Assembly (NCBI GenBank): GCA_044866695.1
Contig: JBIOUF010000014.1
Location: forward strand, 30,873-94,872
Length of the DNA: 64,000 bases
Reading direction: 5' to 3'
Source of the DNA: Nocardioidaceae bacterium
GTDB taxonomy: Bacteria > Actinomycetota > Actinomycetes > Propionibacteriales > Nocardioidaceae
The translations under genes and the position numbers were made by a program. Numbering within the stretch: the first letter of the stretch is position 1; each line of letters starts with the position of its first letter. Below, piece by piece: positions 26,339-35,459 of the stretch. The notes under the pieces are model-generated. The model saw only the letters and a list, made by a program, of their open reading frames with translations. It was not told where the DNA came from and did no database searches.

Positions 26339-27046
26339 TCAGTCGCGGAGCAGGTCGCACAGGTCCGACATCTGCCCTGCCGAGTATCGGTCACCCGGCG
26401 TCGCCGGGTTGCTCGGGAAGAAGGTCTTGACCGAGCTGTCGGACTCCCAGACGATGCCGTTCCCGCCGTTGTCGTTGAGGTCCCCGACCAGTGCCTCAAG
26501 CACGTCCTCCTCGGTGGTGCCCACCGGCCAGAACGTGTGCACCTCCTTGATGTCGAACTCGTCCATGTGGGCGTAGCTGTGCTGCATGACGTGGTGCCAG
26601 GGGACGTACACCGCTCCCGGCGCAAGGGCCGCCACGTTGGGGTCGGTGGTGAAGGCGCCGACGTCATAGACGCCGTCGCCGTCGGGCAGCAGGTAGAAGT
26701 CGTCCCCGTAGTCCAGCGGGGTCCGGGTGAACCGGTCGGCCTGCAGAAGGTGCCGGCCGGTCGGTCCCTGCTGCATGTCGACGAACTCGGTCGTGCCGAC
26801 GGCCACGTAGCACGAGGGCATCGAGGAGTGCCACAGGTACTGTCCGTCGCCGAAGCCCTGGACGCGGTCGCTGGACGGGTCGAGCTCCCCGTACTGGTCG
26901 GCCAGACTGGCGGTCGCGGGCTGGTCCGCGTCCATCGGCTCCTCGTCGCTGTCGACCGTGGGGTAGCGGGGGTCGTAGTCCTCGTCGGGGTTGGTGGTGG
27001 GGTAGCGCGGGTCGTACGGCTCACCTGAGTACGGTTGCTGGCTCAT
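26339..27046 (-). CDS. Acidic hypothetical protein with duplicated (Y)DPRYPT motif
   Basis: 235 aa: MSQQPYSGEPYDPRYPTTNPDEDYDPRYPTVDSDEE.... I recognise no family. Composition looks coding. Confidence 0.7.
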   Translation of the reverse strand: MSQQPYSGEPYDPRYPTTNPDEDYDPRYPTVDSDEEPMDADQPATASLADQYGELDPSSDRVQGFGDGQYLWHSSMPSCYVAVGTTEFVDMQQGPTGRHLLQADRFTRTPLDYGDDFYLLPDGDGVYDVGAFTTDPNVAALAPGAVYVPWHHVMQHSYAHMDEFDIKEVHTFWPVGTTEEDVLEALVGDLNDNGGNGIVWESDSSVKTFFPSNPATPGDRYSAGQMSDLCDLLRD

Positions 27047-27183
27047 GGCTTCCCCCTGGGTGGCGTCGTTCCAGGCTAGGGCGGCGGCCCCTGGTGGCGA
27101 CGGCCTGCTCGTGCCGCCGGCGGTGCCGAGCCACTTCCCGTTCAGGCAGCCGTGGCAGGGCTTGGCCCGACGTGGAGCCGGGG

Positions 27184-27972
27184 TCAGCCGGTCTTCGTGC
27201 CGGCGGCCTCGACGTCCACCACGAGCGCGCGGTGGTCCGACAGCCCGAGCGCGGGCGCGTCGGCCCGTGCCACCTCGCCCAGGTCTCCGCGCAGCAGGAT
27301 GTGGTCGAGCTGCCGGGTGGGGGGGTCCAGGGGGAAGGTGGGCAGTGCGGCCAGCGACCGGTAGCCGGTGATCCGCTCGGGCAGCGGGTTCGCCATGTTG
27401 AGATCACCCATCAGCAGGACCGGCCCGGGGACCGGCCGGAGGTCCCGCCTGATCCGCTGCAGCTGGACCCGCCCCCACCCGGGTACGAACGACAGGTGCG
27501 TGTTGGCGACGACGAGCTGTCCGGCCGGGGTGTCGATGTGACCGATCACCACCGAGCGGGGCTCCTCGTGGACGACGACCATCCGGCGCGCCTCACGCAG
27601 CCACACCGGGAAGCGTGGCCGGATCCTCGGCAGCCGCAGCACCTGCCAGGTCCGCACCGGGTACCGCGACAGCAGGGCGATCCCGTACGCCGCGTCGCCC
27701 GGCACGTCGTCCTCGGTCGCGGCGATCCAGGTCGCGCCCGGCGTACCGGAGAGGGCCGCCACGAACCGGTAGGCGGCCGCCCCCATCGCTTCGGCGCAGA
27801 CCTTCGTGAGGTCGGCCAGGTGAGAGCGCGGCTGGTCGCGGTCCACCTCCTGAAGGGCCAGGACGTCGGCGTCGAGCGTTCTCACCGCCCCGGCGAGCCG
27901 GTCGAGGTCGACCAGGCCGTCGTGCGTCGACCGGCCATGCAGGATGTTGAATGTGGCCAGCCGCACGAGCAC
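27184..27972 (-). CDS. Endonuclease/exonuclease/phosphatase (EEP) family protein
   Basis: ATFNILHG...LALQEVD...ANTHLS...GDLN...SDHRALVVDV. Confidence 0.85.
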   Translation of the reverse strand: MLVRLATFNILHGRSTHDGLVDLDRLAGAVRTLDADVLALQEVDRDQPRSHLADLTKVCAEAMGAAAYRFVAALSGTPGATWIAATEDDVPGDAAYGIALLSRYPVRTWQVLRLPRIRPRFPVWLREARRMVVVHEEPRSVVIGHIDTPAGQLVVANTHLSFVPGWGRVQLQRIRRDLRPVPGPVLLMGDLNMANPLPERITGYRSLAALPTFPLDPPTRQLDHILLRGDLGEVARADAPALGLSDHRALVVDVEAAGTKTG

Positions 27973-27983
27973 AAGGTACCGAC

Positions 27984-28565
27984 ATGACCGTTGACGACCA
28001 GTCCGAGGACACCGTCTTCCAGCCGCCCCAGCTGCGGACCGCGCTCAAGCGGTCGGCCTCGGCGCTGAAGGCCGACCGCATCCCGTTCGCCCTGGCCGGG
28101 AGCTACGCGCTGTGGGTGCACGGCGCCCCAGAGCCCGAGCACGACGTCGACTTCGTCGTGCCCGAAGCCAACATCGAGGCGGCCGCCGAGAGCCTCCGTC
28201 AGGCCGGCTTGGACGTCGAGCGCCCGCCCGAGGACTGGCTGTTCAAGGTCGACGTCGACGGCGCTCTCGTCGACGTGCTGCACCGGCTGAACGGCGTTCC
28301 CGTCTCCGAGGAGCTGGTCGCGAGGTCGGAGGAGTACGAGATCCTGGGGATCCGGCTGCCGGTGCTGCCCGCCACGGACGTGGTGCTCACCAAGCTCCAG
28401 GCGCTGACCGAGCACTACTGCGACTTCGCGTCCCTCCTGGCGATCGCCCGCGCCGTCCGCGAGCAGCTGGACTGGGGCCTCCTCCGCGACCGGACGGCGG
28501 AGAACCCGTTCGCCGAAGCGTTCCTCTTCCTCGTCGAGCGGCTCGAGATCAGTCCCGGTGGGTGA
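27984..28565 (+). CDS. Nucleotidyltransferase-family protein (MNT-like)
   Basis: FALAGSYALWVHGAPEPEHDVDFVV is a G-S...D-x-D type motif. I chose the start at the second ATG; track ORF 27951 would overlap the EEP start. Confidence 0.7.
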   Translation: MTVDDQSEDTVFQPPQLRTALKRSASALKADRIPFALAGSYALWVHGAPEPEHDVDFVVPEANIEAAAESLRQAGLDVERPPEDWLFKVDVDGALVDVLHRLNGVPVSEELVARSEEYEILGIRLPVLPATDVVLTKLQALTEHYCDFASLLAIARAVREQLDWGLLRDRTAENPFAEAFLFLVERLEISPGG

Positions 28566-28572
28566 GTGCCGG

Positions 28573-28890
28573 GGTGGTTTCGAGGCTCGCAGGCTCGCAC
28601 CTCAACCACCGGTGACCGGCGGTTCCCCCAGGAGCGCGTGGCCGTGTGGGCGACCTGCCCGCCCGGTGGTGTGTTCACCACCCGGTGGTTGAGGAGGGCG
28701 AGCTTGCGAGCCCCCCGGTGGTTGAGGAGGGCGAGCTTGCGAGCCCGTCTCGAAACCACCGGTACCTGGGCTGGGCCCTGCCACGGACCCGCTGGTTTCG
28801 AGACGCCTCCGCTGATCGCTCCGGCTCCTCAACCAGCGGTGCCGGTGGTTGGGTGCGAGCCCGTCTCGGCCTGGCTGAGGGGCGACCTTG
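28573..28890. repeat. Cluster of palindromic ~40-nt intergenic repeat units, including a 33-bp tandem duplication
   Basis: The forward unit is GGTGGTTTCGAGGCTCGCAGGCTCGCACCTCAACCACCGG (28573-28612). Imperfect reverse-complement units CCGGTGGTTGAGGAGGGCGAGCTTGCGAGCC occur twice in tandem (28682-28712 and 28715-28745), followed by GTCTCGAAACCACCGG. More degenerate copies extend to about 28890. Confidence 0.65.
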
Positions 28891-28899
28891 CGAGGGGCG

Positions 28900-30117
28900 T
28901 CAGGAGCGTTCGGAGCCGTGGACGCTCTCGAGGTCGTCGTCGGTCCTGGGCATCAGGACGGCAAGGCCCGCGATGGCCGCGCACAGGACCGCCGGGCCGG
29001 CCATGGCGTGGTGCAGGCCGAGGTGGTTGACCAGGAAGCCCACCACCGCCGGGCCCATCAGGAAGGCGGCGTACCCGAAGGTCACCACCACCGCGAGCAC
29101 CCGGCCGCCGCCGACGTGACCGGCCACGGCGTACACCTGCGGGGCGATCATGCCCACGCCGAACCCCACCAGCGCCCAGCCGGCGAGCAGGAGCGGCAGG
29201 GCGCTCACCAGCGTGACGACGACGTACCCGACCGCGGCGCAGAGGCCGCCGCTGCGGACCACCGCGCGGCGGCCGAACCGCACGACCAGCCGGTCGCCGA
29301 GCAGCCGGATCAGGACCATGGAGCCGCTCACCGCCACCAGTCCGAGCGCGCCGGTGGTGGGGTCGACCTGGGCGACGTCGGTGACGTGCAGCGCGGCCCA
29401 GTCGGTGGCGGTCCCCTCCGAGAGCCCGAAGGCCAGCGCCATCACCGCGAGCAGCCAGGCGATTCTTGGGATCGGGGTCCGCACCCCGTCGACGTGGTGC
29501 TCCACGACCGCCGCCTCCGGGGTGATCCTGAAGGCGACCACCAGCACCACGGCCGCGATGCCGGCCAGGGTGAGCATCAGCGGCATCACCACCGCCGCGC
29601 CGTGGGCCCCCAGCGCTCGGGCGAGCAGGAGGACGAAGCCGGCGCCGAGCAGGCCGCCGACGGACCACAGGGCATGCAGGGTGCTCATGATCGGACGTCT
29701 GCGCGCCGCCTCGACCTGCACGCCGAGCGCGTTCATGGCGACGTCCATCGCGCCGTTGCCGAGACCGAGGAGCAGCGCGCCCAGCACCGCCAGCGGGTAC
29801 GTCGTCGCGAACGCGAAGGTCACCGCCGCGGCGATCATGAAGGGCAGGCTGGCCAGCGCGACCTTGCGCGCGCCGATCGAGTCCGACAGCCGTCCGCCGA
29901 CCTGCATCGAGGCGATCCCGGTCAGGCCCGCGCAGAACAGCAGCACCGCGATCTCGGTCGCGGAGAGGCCGATCCGCTCGCGGATCGACGGCAGCGCCCC
30001 GCCGTACCCGCCGAGGACGAGTCCGTTCACGGCGAACAGCACTGCCACGGCGACCGCGGCCCGGCGCCGGGCCAGGGCAGCGGTCAACACGCTCGGGGAT
30101 GAGGCCGGGGGGGTCAT
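28900..30117 (-). CDS. MFS transporter
   Basis: 405 aa, about 12 hydrophobic segments, with a GGRLSDSIGARK motif. Confidence 0.85.
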   Translation of the reverse strand: MTPPASSPSVLTAALARRRAAVAVAVLFAVNGLVLGGYGGALPSIRERIGLSATEIAVLLFCAGLTGIASMQVGGRLSDSIGARKVALASLPFMIAAAVTFAFATTYPLAVLGALLLGLGNGAMDVAMNALGVQVEAARRRPIMSTLHALWSVGGLLGAGFVLLLARALGAHGAAVVMPLMLTLAGIAAVVLVVAFRITPEAAVVEHHVDGVRTPIPRIAWLLAVMALAFGLSEGTATDWAALHVTDVAQVDPTTGALGLVAVSGSMVLIRLLGDRLVVRFGRRAVVRSGGLCAAVGYVVVTLVSALPLLLAGWALVGFGVGMIAPQVYAVAGHVGGGRVLAVVVTFGYAAFLMGPAVVGFLVNHLGLHHAMAGPAVLCAAIAGLAVLMPRTDDDLESVHGSERS

Positions 30118-30231
30118 TGGGTGGTCCTGGATCGCGTTCTCGAACGGCTCAGGGTACGGCAGCCGGACGCCTCCTCTGCCCGCTGGCGAGTCGGGTGCGA
30201 GGGCAGCACCTGCGTGAGCCTGCGCGGGCGG

Positions 30232-30954
30232 TCACTCCGCGCCGACGGAGTCGAACACCTCGACCCGCGGCCTGAGCCGGACCTGGACGGCTCCGGGGAA
30301 GCCGTCGACGAAGCCGACCACGACGTCGTACTCGTCGGCACCCGGAGCGCGGAGGGCGACCCGCCAGGAGCCCTCGGCGGGCCGGTGCTCCTCCGCGCTC
30401 AGCGACAGGCTGTCGGGGTCCAGCTCGTAGACGGCCGCGGCGCTGCGGCGAGCGCGCAGGATCGCGGCCTCCCGGGGCGCCTCGGTCGGCTGCTCACCGC
30501 CGACGCTCGCGAGTACGGCGCGGAACGCGCCCGTCACGCTCTCGGTCGAGGCGGCAGAGAGCCGGGAGGACCTGGGCCCGGTGGTGACCAGGAGGCCGAG
30601 CTCGAGGGCTCCTGGGCTCGCCCCCCAGCTGGAGTGTCGCCGATGCTGGTGCAGCGAGTAGTGCCGCGGCACGTCGGAACCGGCGTACAGCGTCGGCTCC
30701 AGCGCCGAGAGGATGCTCTGCTCGTCGAGATCGGGCTGGTCTGCGCCGGGCGACTCGGGGACCGGAAGGTCGAGCAGGAACCACTCGTATGCCGGGGCTT
30801 CCGGAGCGGTTCGGTAGCCGACCTGGATGCTGAGCAGGTCCACCCGGCCGAGGGTGAGGAGGGGCGGGGTCCCGCGCTGGTCGACCGCGTCGCTCACCAC
30901 CGCCTCAGCCTCGGACGTCGCGGGTGGCACGTCAAGGACCTCGCGGGGCGGCAT
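30232..30954 (-). CDS. Hypothetical protein (240 aa), no recognised family
   Basis: This is the C-terminal part of track ORF 30232..32256, starting at ATG 30954. Third-position GC is high when read by hand. It occupies the space where the 5' half of the adjacent NhaC relic should be. Confidence 0.55.
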   Translation of the reverse strand: MPPREVLDVPPATSEAEAVVSDAVDQRGTPPLLTLGRVDLLSIQVGYRTAPEAPAYEWFLLDLPVPESPGADQPDLDEQSILSALEPTLYAGSDVPRHYSLHQHRRHSSWGASPGALELGLLVTTGPRSSRLSAASTESVTGAFRAVLASVGGEQPTEAPREAAILRARRSAAAVYELDPDSLSLSAEEHRPAEGSWRVALRAPGADEYDVVVGFVDGFPGAVQVRLRPRVEVFDSVGAE

Positions 30955-30970
30955 GGCGGGCAGGCCCCAG

Positions 30971-31363
30971 CCGCTGTGGCTGAGCTTCGGCGCGGTCACG
31001 TTCGGCACGCTGCTGGAGCAGTCCGTGCTCCTGTGCGGGTTCGGGCTCAACGTCGTCGCCGGCGACCAGTACATTGCCCTGGTGCTGCCCTTGCGGACCT
31101 TCCGTGCCGTGTTTGCGCGACGCGGGCTGGCGCCGACCAACCTGTCGCGGCTCGCCGCCCACCGCGGCACTGTCACCTCCCCGCTGGTGCCGTGGAGCTC
31201 CTGCGGCGCCTTCATGGGGGCGACGCTCGGCGTGGCGACCCTGCTGTATGCGCCGTACGCGATCTGCTGCTGGGCCAGCCCCCTGCTCAGTGTGCTGTAC
31301 GGCGTTACCGGCTTCCGCATCGAGAGGACCAGTCCCGTGCCCGTCGAAGGAGGCAGCGGATGA
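30971..31363 (+). pseudogene. C-terminal relic of a Na+/H+ antiporter NhaC-family gene, with an internal deletion
   Basis: LWLSFGAVTFGTLLEQS ... AGDQYIALVLPLRTFRAVFARRGLAPTNLSRLAAHRGTVTSPLVPWSSCGAFMGATLGVATLLYAPYA...LYGVTGFRIE matches conserved NhaC C-terminal blocks. About 350 N-terminal residues are missing. Confidence 0.6.
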
Positions 31364-32862
31364 CCGCGTCCCCGAGCTCTCGGCCCGCCAGCACCTCGCC
31401 CGGCGCGGACGGCCCCGCCGAGTCGGCCGAGACGGTGTCGGCAGCCGGCAAGATGACCCTGCCGACCCTCACCGCCATGGTGGTCGGCGGGATGGTCGGC
31501 GCAGGGGTCTTCTCCCTGCCGGCCAGGTTCGGGGTGGCGACGGGGATCCTGGGGTCGCTGATCGCCTGGGCGGTGGCCGGGGCCGGCATGCTCATGCTCG
31601 CCTTCGTCTTCCAGAGCCTCGCGATCCGCAAGCCCGAGCTGGACTCCGGGGTGTTCATCTACGCCAAGGCGGGCTTCGGCGACTACGCCGGCTTCAACTC
31701 CGCCATCGGGTTCTGGGCCAGCGCCGTGGCGGGCAACACCTTCTACTGGGTGTTCATCTCCGCCACGCTCGGCGCGTTCTTCGACAGCTTCGGCGACGGC
31801 GACACCGTGCTCGCGGTGGCACTGTCGACGGCCGGCATCTGGGTGTTCCACATCTTGATCGCCCGCGGCGTCCGGGACGCGGCGGTGATCAACCGGATCG
31901 TGACGGTCTTCAAGATCCTGCCCATCCTCGTCTTCATCGTGGTGCTGCTGGTCTCGATCGACACCGGCGTGTTCGCCGACAACTGGCTGGCCTACGGCTA
32001 CGGCGACCTCGGAACCCTCGACGAGCAGGTCCGCAACACGATGATCATCACCACGTTCGTGTTCCTCGGCATCGAGGGCGCCAGCGTCTACTCCCGGTAC
32101 GCCAAGCGGCGCGAGGACGTGGGCAGGGCGACGGTGATCGGCTTCCTGAGCGTGCTCTCGGTCTTCGCCCTGGTCACCCTCTCCAGCTACGGGGTGCTGT
32201 CCCAGCCCGAGATCGCCGACACGCGGCAGCCGTCCATGGTCGGCGTGTTCCAGCACGTCGTCGGCGACTGGGGCGAGTGGTTCATCAGCGCGGCGGTGAT
32301 CGTGTCCGTGCTCGGGGCCTACCTGGCCTGGACGCTCATGGCCGCGGAGGTCATGTACATCCCGGCCCGCAGCGAGGACTTCCCCCGCTTCCTGGGTCAG
32401 GAGAACGAGAACGGCACCCCCATCACGGCCCTCGTGGTGACCTCGATCGCGGTGCAGTCCCTGCTCGCCCTGACACTGGTGGTGTCCGACGCGCTGAACT
32501 TCATGCTCGACCTGTGCACCAGCCTGGCGCTGGTGCCGTACGTCCTCGCGGCCGCCTACGCGCTGAAGCTCGGTCTCACCGGGGAGTCCTACGAGGGGGT
32601 GTCACGGGCGGTCCAGCGGAGGGAGACGGTGGTCGCCGGCGCCGCGACGGTCTACACGTTGTTCCTGTTCGACGCGGCCGGGCTGAAGTTCCTGCTGCTG
32701 TCCGCGGTCATCCTCGCGCCGGCGACGCTGCTGTACGTCAAGGCCCGCAGCGAGCGAGACCGTCGGCTGTTCACCCCCACCGAGCTCGGTCTGTTCCTGG
32801 TCATCCTCGGCGCCGGCATCTTCGGCGTCGTGAGCCTGTGGACCGGCCGGATCACCCTCTGA
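31360..32862 (+). CDS. arcD: Arginine/ornithine antiporter (APC family)
   Basis: Starts at ATG 31360 with GAAGGAGG upstream. It carries LTAMVVGGMVGAGVFSLP...AGMLMLAFVFQSLAIRKPELDSGVFIYAKAGFGDYAGF and lies immediately upstream of arcA. Confidence 0.85.
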   Translation: MTASPSSRPASTSPGADGPAESAETVSAAGKMTLPTLTAMVVGGMVGAGVFSLPARFGVATGILGSLIAWAVAGAGMLMLAFVFQSLAIRKPELDSGVFIYAKAGFGDYAGFNSAIGFWASAVAGNTFYWVFISATLGAFFDSFGDGDTVLAVALSTAGIWVFHILIARGVRDAAVINRIVTVFKILPILVFIVVLLVSIDTGVFADNWLAYGYGDLGTLDEQVRNTMIITTFVFLGIEGASVYSRYAKRREDVGRATVIGFLSVLSVFALVTLSSYGVLSQPEIADTRQPSMVGVFQHVVGDWGEWFISAAVIVSVLGAYLAWTLMAAEVMYIPARSEDFPRFLGQENENGTPITALVVTSIAVQSLLALTLVVSDALNFMLDLCTSLALVPYVLAAAYALKLGLTGESYEGVSRAVQRRETVVAGAATVYTLFLFDAAGLKFLLLSAVILAPATLLYVKARSERDRRLFTPTELGLFLVILGAGIFGVVSLWTGRITL

Positions 32863-32898
32863 CCCCGACTCCTGACAGCCGGGACGAAAGGCACTGAC

Positions 32899-34152
32899 AT
32901 GACTGAGACGGTCTCCGCGTCGTACGGCGTGCACTCCGAGGTGGGCCGCCTGCGCAAGGTGCTCGTGTGCGCGCCGGGGCTCGCGCACCGCCGGCTCACA
33001 CCTACCAACGCCGACGACCTGCTCTTCGACGACGTGATGTGGGTGGAGAACGCCCAGCGCGACCACGCCGACTTCGTCAACAAGCTCACCAACCGCGGGG
33101 TCGAGGTGGTCGAGCTGCACGACCTGCTGACCGAGACCTTGCAGGCGCCCGGTGCCCGGGACTGGCTGCTCGACCGCAAGATCGTCGCGAACCAGGTCGG
33201 TCTCGGCCTGGTGGACGGCACCCGCGCCTACCTGGAGAGCCTGGACGCGCGCCGGCTGGCCGAGTACCTCATCGGCGGCCTGGCCACCAGCGACCTGCCC
33301 GACGAGGTCCGCAGCCGCGAGTACCTCAGCCTGGCCAGGGAGTCGCTCGGCGCCCAGGAGTACCTGGTGCGCCCGCTGCCGAACACCCTCTACACCCGCG
33401 ACACCACCTGCTGGCTGTACGGCGGGGTCACCCTGAACCCGCTGTACTGGCCGGCGCGGCACGACGAGACCCTGCTGTACAGGGCGATCTACGCGTTCCA
33501 CCCCGACTTCGTCGGCTCGCGGACGTGGTGGGGCGACCCCGAGCTGGACTGGGGCCAGGCCACCATCGAGGGCGGCGACGTCATGCCGGTCGGCAACGGC
33601 GTGGTGCTCATCGGCATGAGCGAGCGGACGTCTCGTCACGCGATCACCCAGCTCGCCGCGGCGCTCTTCGAGCAGGAGGCTGCCCGGCATGTGGTCGTGG
33701 CCGGGATGCCCAAGCTGCGCGCCGCGATGCACCTCGACACCGTCTTCACCTTCGCCGACGTCGATCTCGCCACGTACTACCCCACCATCGTCGACCACAT
33801 CCACCCGTTCTCCCTGCGTCCGGACGACAAGAGAGCCGTCCACGTCACCGACGAGGCGGGCACCCCGTTCGTCGACGTGGTCGCCGGCGCCATGGGGCTG
33901 AAGGAGCTGCGCGCGGTCGAGACCGGCGGCGACGTCTACGCCTCCGAGCGGCAGCAGTGGGACAGCGGCAACAACGCGGTCGCGCTCGAGCCCGGCGTCG
34001 TGTTCACCTACGACCGCAACACGGTCACCAACAGCCTGCTCCGGCGGGCCGGCGTCGAGGTCATCACGATCGTCGGCGCCGAGCTGGGCCGCGGCCGTGG
34101 CGGCGGCCACTGCATGACCTGCCCCATCATCCGCGACCCCGTCGACCTCTGA
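32899..34152 (+). CDS. arcA: Arginine deiminase
   Basis: 417 aa: [17 protein letters not shown]...MWVE.AQRDH..F...LYTRDT...[10 protein letters not shown] (catalytic Cys). Confidence 0.95.
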   Translation: MTETVSASYGVHSEVGRLRKVLVCAPGLAHRRLTPTNADDLLFDDVMWVENAQRDHADFVNKLTNRGVEVVELHDLLTETLQAPGARDWLLDRKIVANQVGLGLVDGTRAYLESLDARRLAEYLIGGLATSDLPDEVRSREYLSLARESLGAQEYLVRPLPNTLYTRDTTCWLYGGVTLNPLYWPARHDETLLYRAIYAFHPDFVGSRTWWGDPELDWGQATIEGGDVMPVGNGVVLIGMSERTSRHAITQLAAALFEQEAARHVVVAGMPKLRAAMHLDTVFTFADVDLATYYPTIVDHIHPFSLRPDDKRAVHVTDEAGTPFVDVVAGAMGLKELRAVETGGDVYASERQQWDSGNNAVALEPGVVFTYDRNTVTNSLLRRAGVEVITIVGAELGRGRGGGHCMTCPIIRDPVDL

Positions 34153-34178
34153 TCTGATCTGACGAGCGGAGCCCCACC

Positions 34179-34288
34179 CGCCGACCCGTCAACCCTGGTC
34201 GGCCGAGCCGTCAATCCTGGTGGGCCGAGCCGTCAATCCTGGTGGGCCGAGCCGTCAATCCTGGTGGGCCGAGCCGTCAATGGTGGTG
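34179..34288. repeat. 22-bp tandem repeat, about 5 copies (GGCCGAGCCGTCAATCCTGGTG)
   Basis: Exact copies begin at 34201, 34223 and 34245. Degenerate copies lie at 34179 and 34267. Confidence 0.85.
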
Positions 34289-34318
34289 GGTCGGGTAGAG
34301 GGTGGATGTCTCGGCGCC

Positions 34319-34396
34319 TTGGTTTCGAGGCTCGCTCCGCGGTTCCTGAGGAGGGCGACGAAGGAGCCCGTCTCGAAGGGCGCACCTCACCAGCGG
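34319..34396. repeat. Copy of the palindromic repeat family seen at 28573-28890
   Basis: GGTTTCGAGGCTCGC...GGTTCCTGAGGAGGGCGACGAAGGAGCCCGTCTCGAAGG...GCACCTCACCAGCGG shares both the forward and reverse unit types with the 28.6-kb cluster. Confidence 0.55.
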
Positions 34397-34434
34397 CGGG
34401 GGGTCGAGCCGGTCCGGCTCGCCGTACCCTCCAC

Positions 34435-35391
34435 ATGGAGCCCGCACCGGAGTGGGCCCAGGAGGACGACGAGACCGACGTGACGCTCAGCCTGGTCCAT
34501 CTGGCGACGCTCAGGGAGTTCTGCCGCCGCGGCACGCTGGCCGCCGCGGCAGAGGCGCTGGGTTACACGGCCGGGGCAGCGTCGCAGCACGTCGCGGCGC
34601 TGGAGCGCGAGGTCGGGGCCCCGGTGCTGGCCCGAGCCGGTCGCCACATGGTGCTCACCGACGCCGGTCGGGTGCTGGCCGAGCACGCCGAGGAGCTGCT
34701 CGCTGCCGAGGAACGGGCCCGGCACGCGGCGGCCTCCGGCGGCGACGGCGTGTCCGGCCGGGTCGTCCTCGGCATCTGGGGGAGCTCGGCGGCCGCGCTG
34801 CTGGGCCCGCTACTGACCGCCACGGCCGGGCGACATCCCGAGCTGGTGGTCACCAGCCGCGAGGTCTCGGTCGACGTGGCCGCCCGTGCGGTGCGCCGGC
34901 GCGAGGTGGACCTGGCGTTCGGCCTGGACTACCCCGACGACCCCATCCCCCGGGACCGTGACACGACCGTGCGGCCGCTGCTGCAGGAGCGGTTCTGGGT
35001 CGCCGCCGGGCCCACCGGGCGCAAGCGCCCGCGCGCGCGGTCGCTCGCCCAGCTCGCGGACGAGCCGTGGATCCTGCCCTCCGCCGCCACGGTGATGGGG
35101 CATGTCCTCCGGGTGGCCTTCCGGCGCGCCGGGGTGGAGCCCGACGTCGTCCACGAGGTCGACGACTCCGCGGCCTCGCTGCAGCTGGCCTCCCAAGGTC
35201 TGGGACTCACGCTGGCCACCGACCTCATGCAGCGGCTCGCCCACGACCCACCGCTCGACCGGGTGCCGCTCGAGGAGGAGCTGCTGCGCGACCTGGTCCT
35301 GGTCGCCCCCGCGTCGATCGCGTCGAGAGCGGTCACCGCGGTCGCCGACCTGGCCGTGGAGGTGGCCGCGCGGCTGCTACGCAGAGTTTAG
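34435..35391 (+). CDS. LysR-family transcriptional regulator
   Basis: Starts at ATG 34435. It carries LATLREFCRRGTLAAAAEALGYTAGAASQHVAALEREVG. Earlier track starts run through the repeat region. Confidence 0.85.
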   Translation: MEPAPEWAQEDDETDVTLSLVHLATLREFCRRGTLAAAAEALGYTAGAASQHVAALEREVGAPVLARAGRHMVLTDAGRVLAEHAEELLAAEERARHAAASGGDGVSGRVVLGIWGSSAAALLGPLLTATAGRHPELVVTSREVSVDVAARAVRRREVDLAFGLDYPDDPIPRDRDTTVRPLLQERFWVAAGPTGRKRPRARSLAQLADEPWILPSAATVMGHVLRVAFRRAGVEPDVVHEVDDSAASLQLASQGLGLTLATDLMQRLAHDPPLDRVPLEEELLRDLVLVAPASIASRAVTAVADLAVEVAARLLRRV

Positions 35392-35459
35392 GAATCCTCA
35401 ATGGTGTTGTGCAGAAACCATCGCTGTACCTCTATCGAGGCCCGCGGGAGAATCGGGTC

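Noticed and set aside
27184-28565. Divergent EEP nuclease-like and nucleotidyltransferase genes as a toxin-antitoxin or defence module
   Set aside because: They are divergently transcribed rather than forming an operon. Both belong to broad housekeeping-type families. No partner genes such as HEPN, AbiE or a helicase are present, so there is nothing beyond adjacency to support a system.
28566-29030. 154-aa ORF (and 28646..29119) in the repeat cluster
   Set aside because: The translation merely spells out the palindromic repeat units (VVEEGELASP twice), and the same peptide words arise wherever the repeat occurs. It is not coding.
31360-34152. Complete arginine deiminase (ADI) pathway operon
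   Set aside because: Only arcD and arcA are present. No ornithine carbamoyltransferase or carbamate kinase ORF follows arcA in this window.
34179-34288. CRISPR array (also considered for 28682-28745 and 53083-53197)
   Set aside because: The repeats are directly abutting with no unique spacers. The units are only 22-33 bp, and no cas genes are present.
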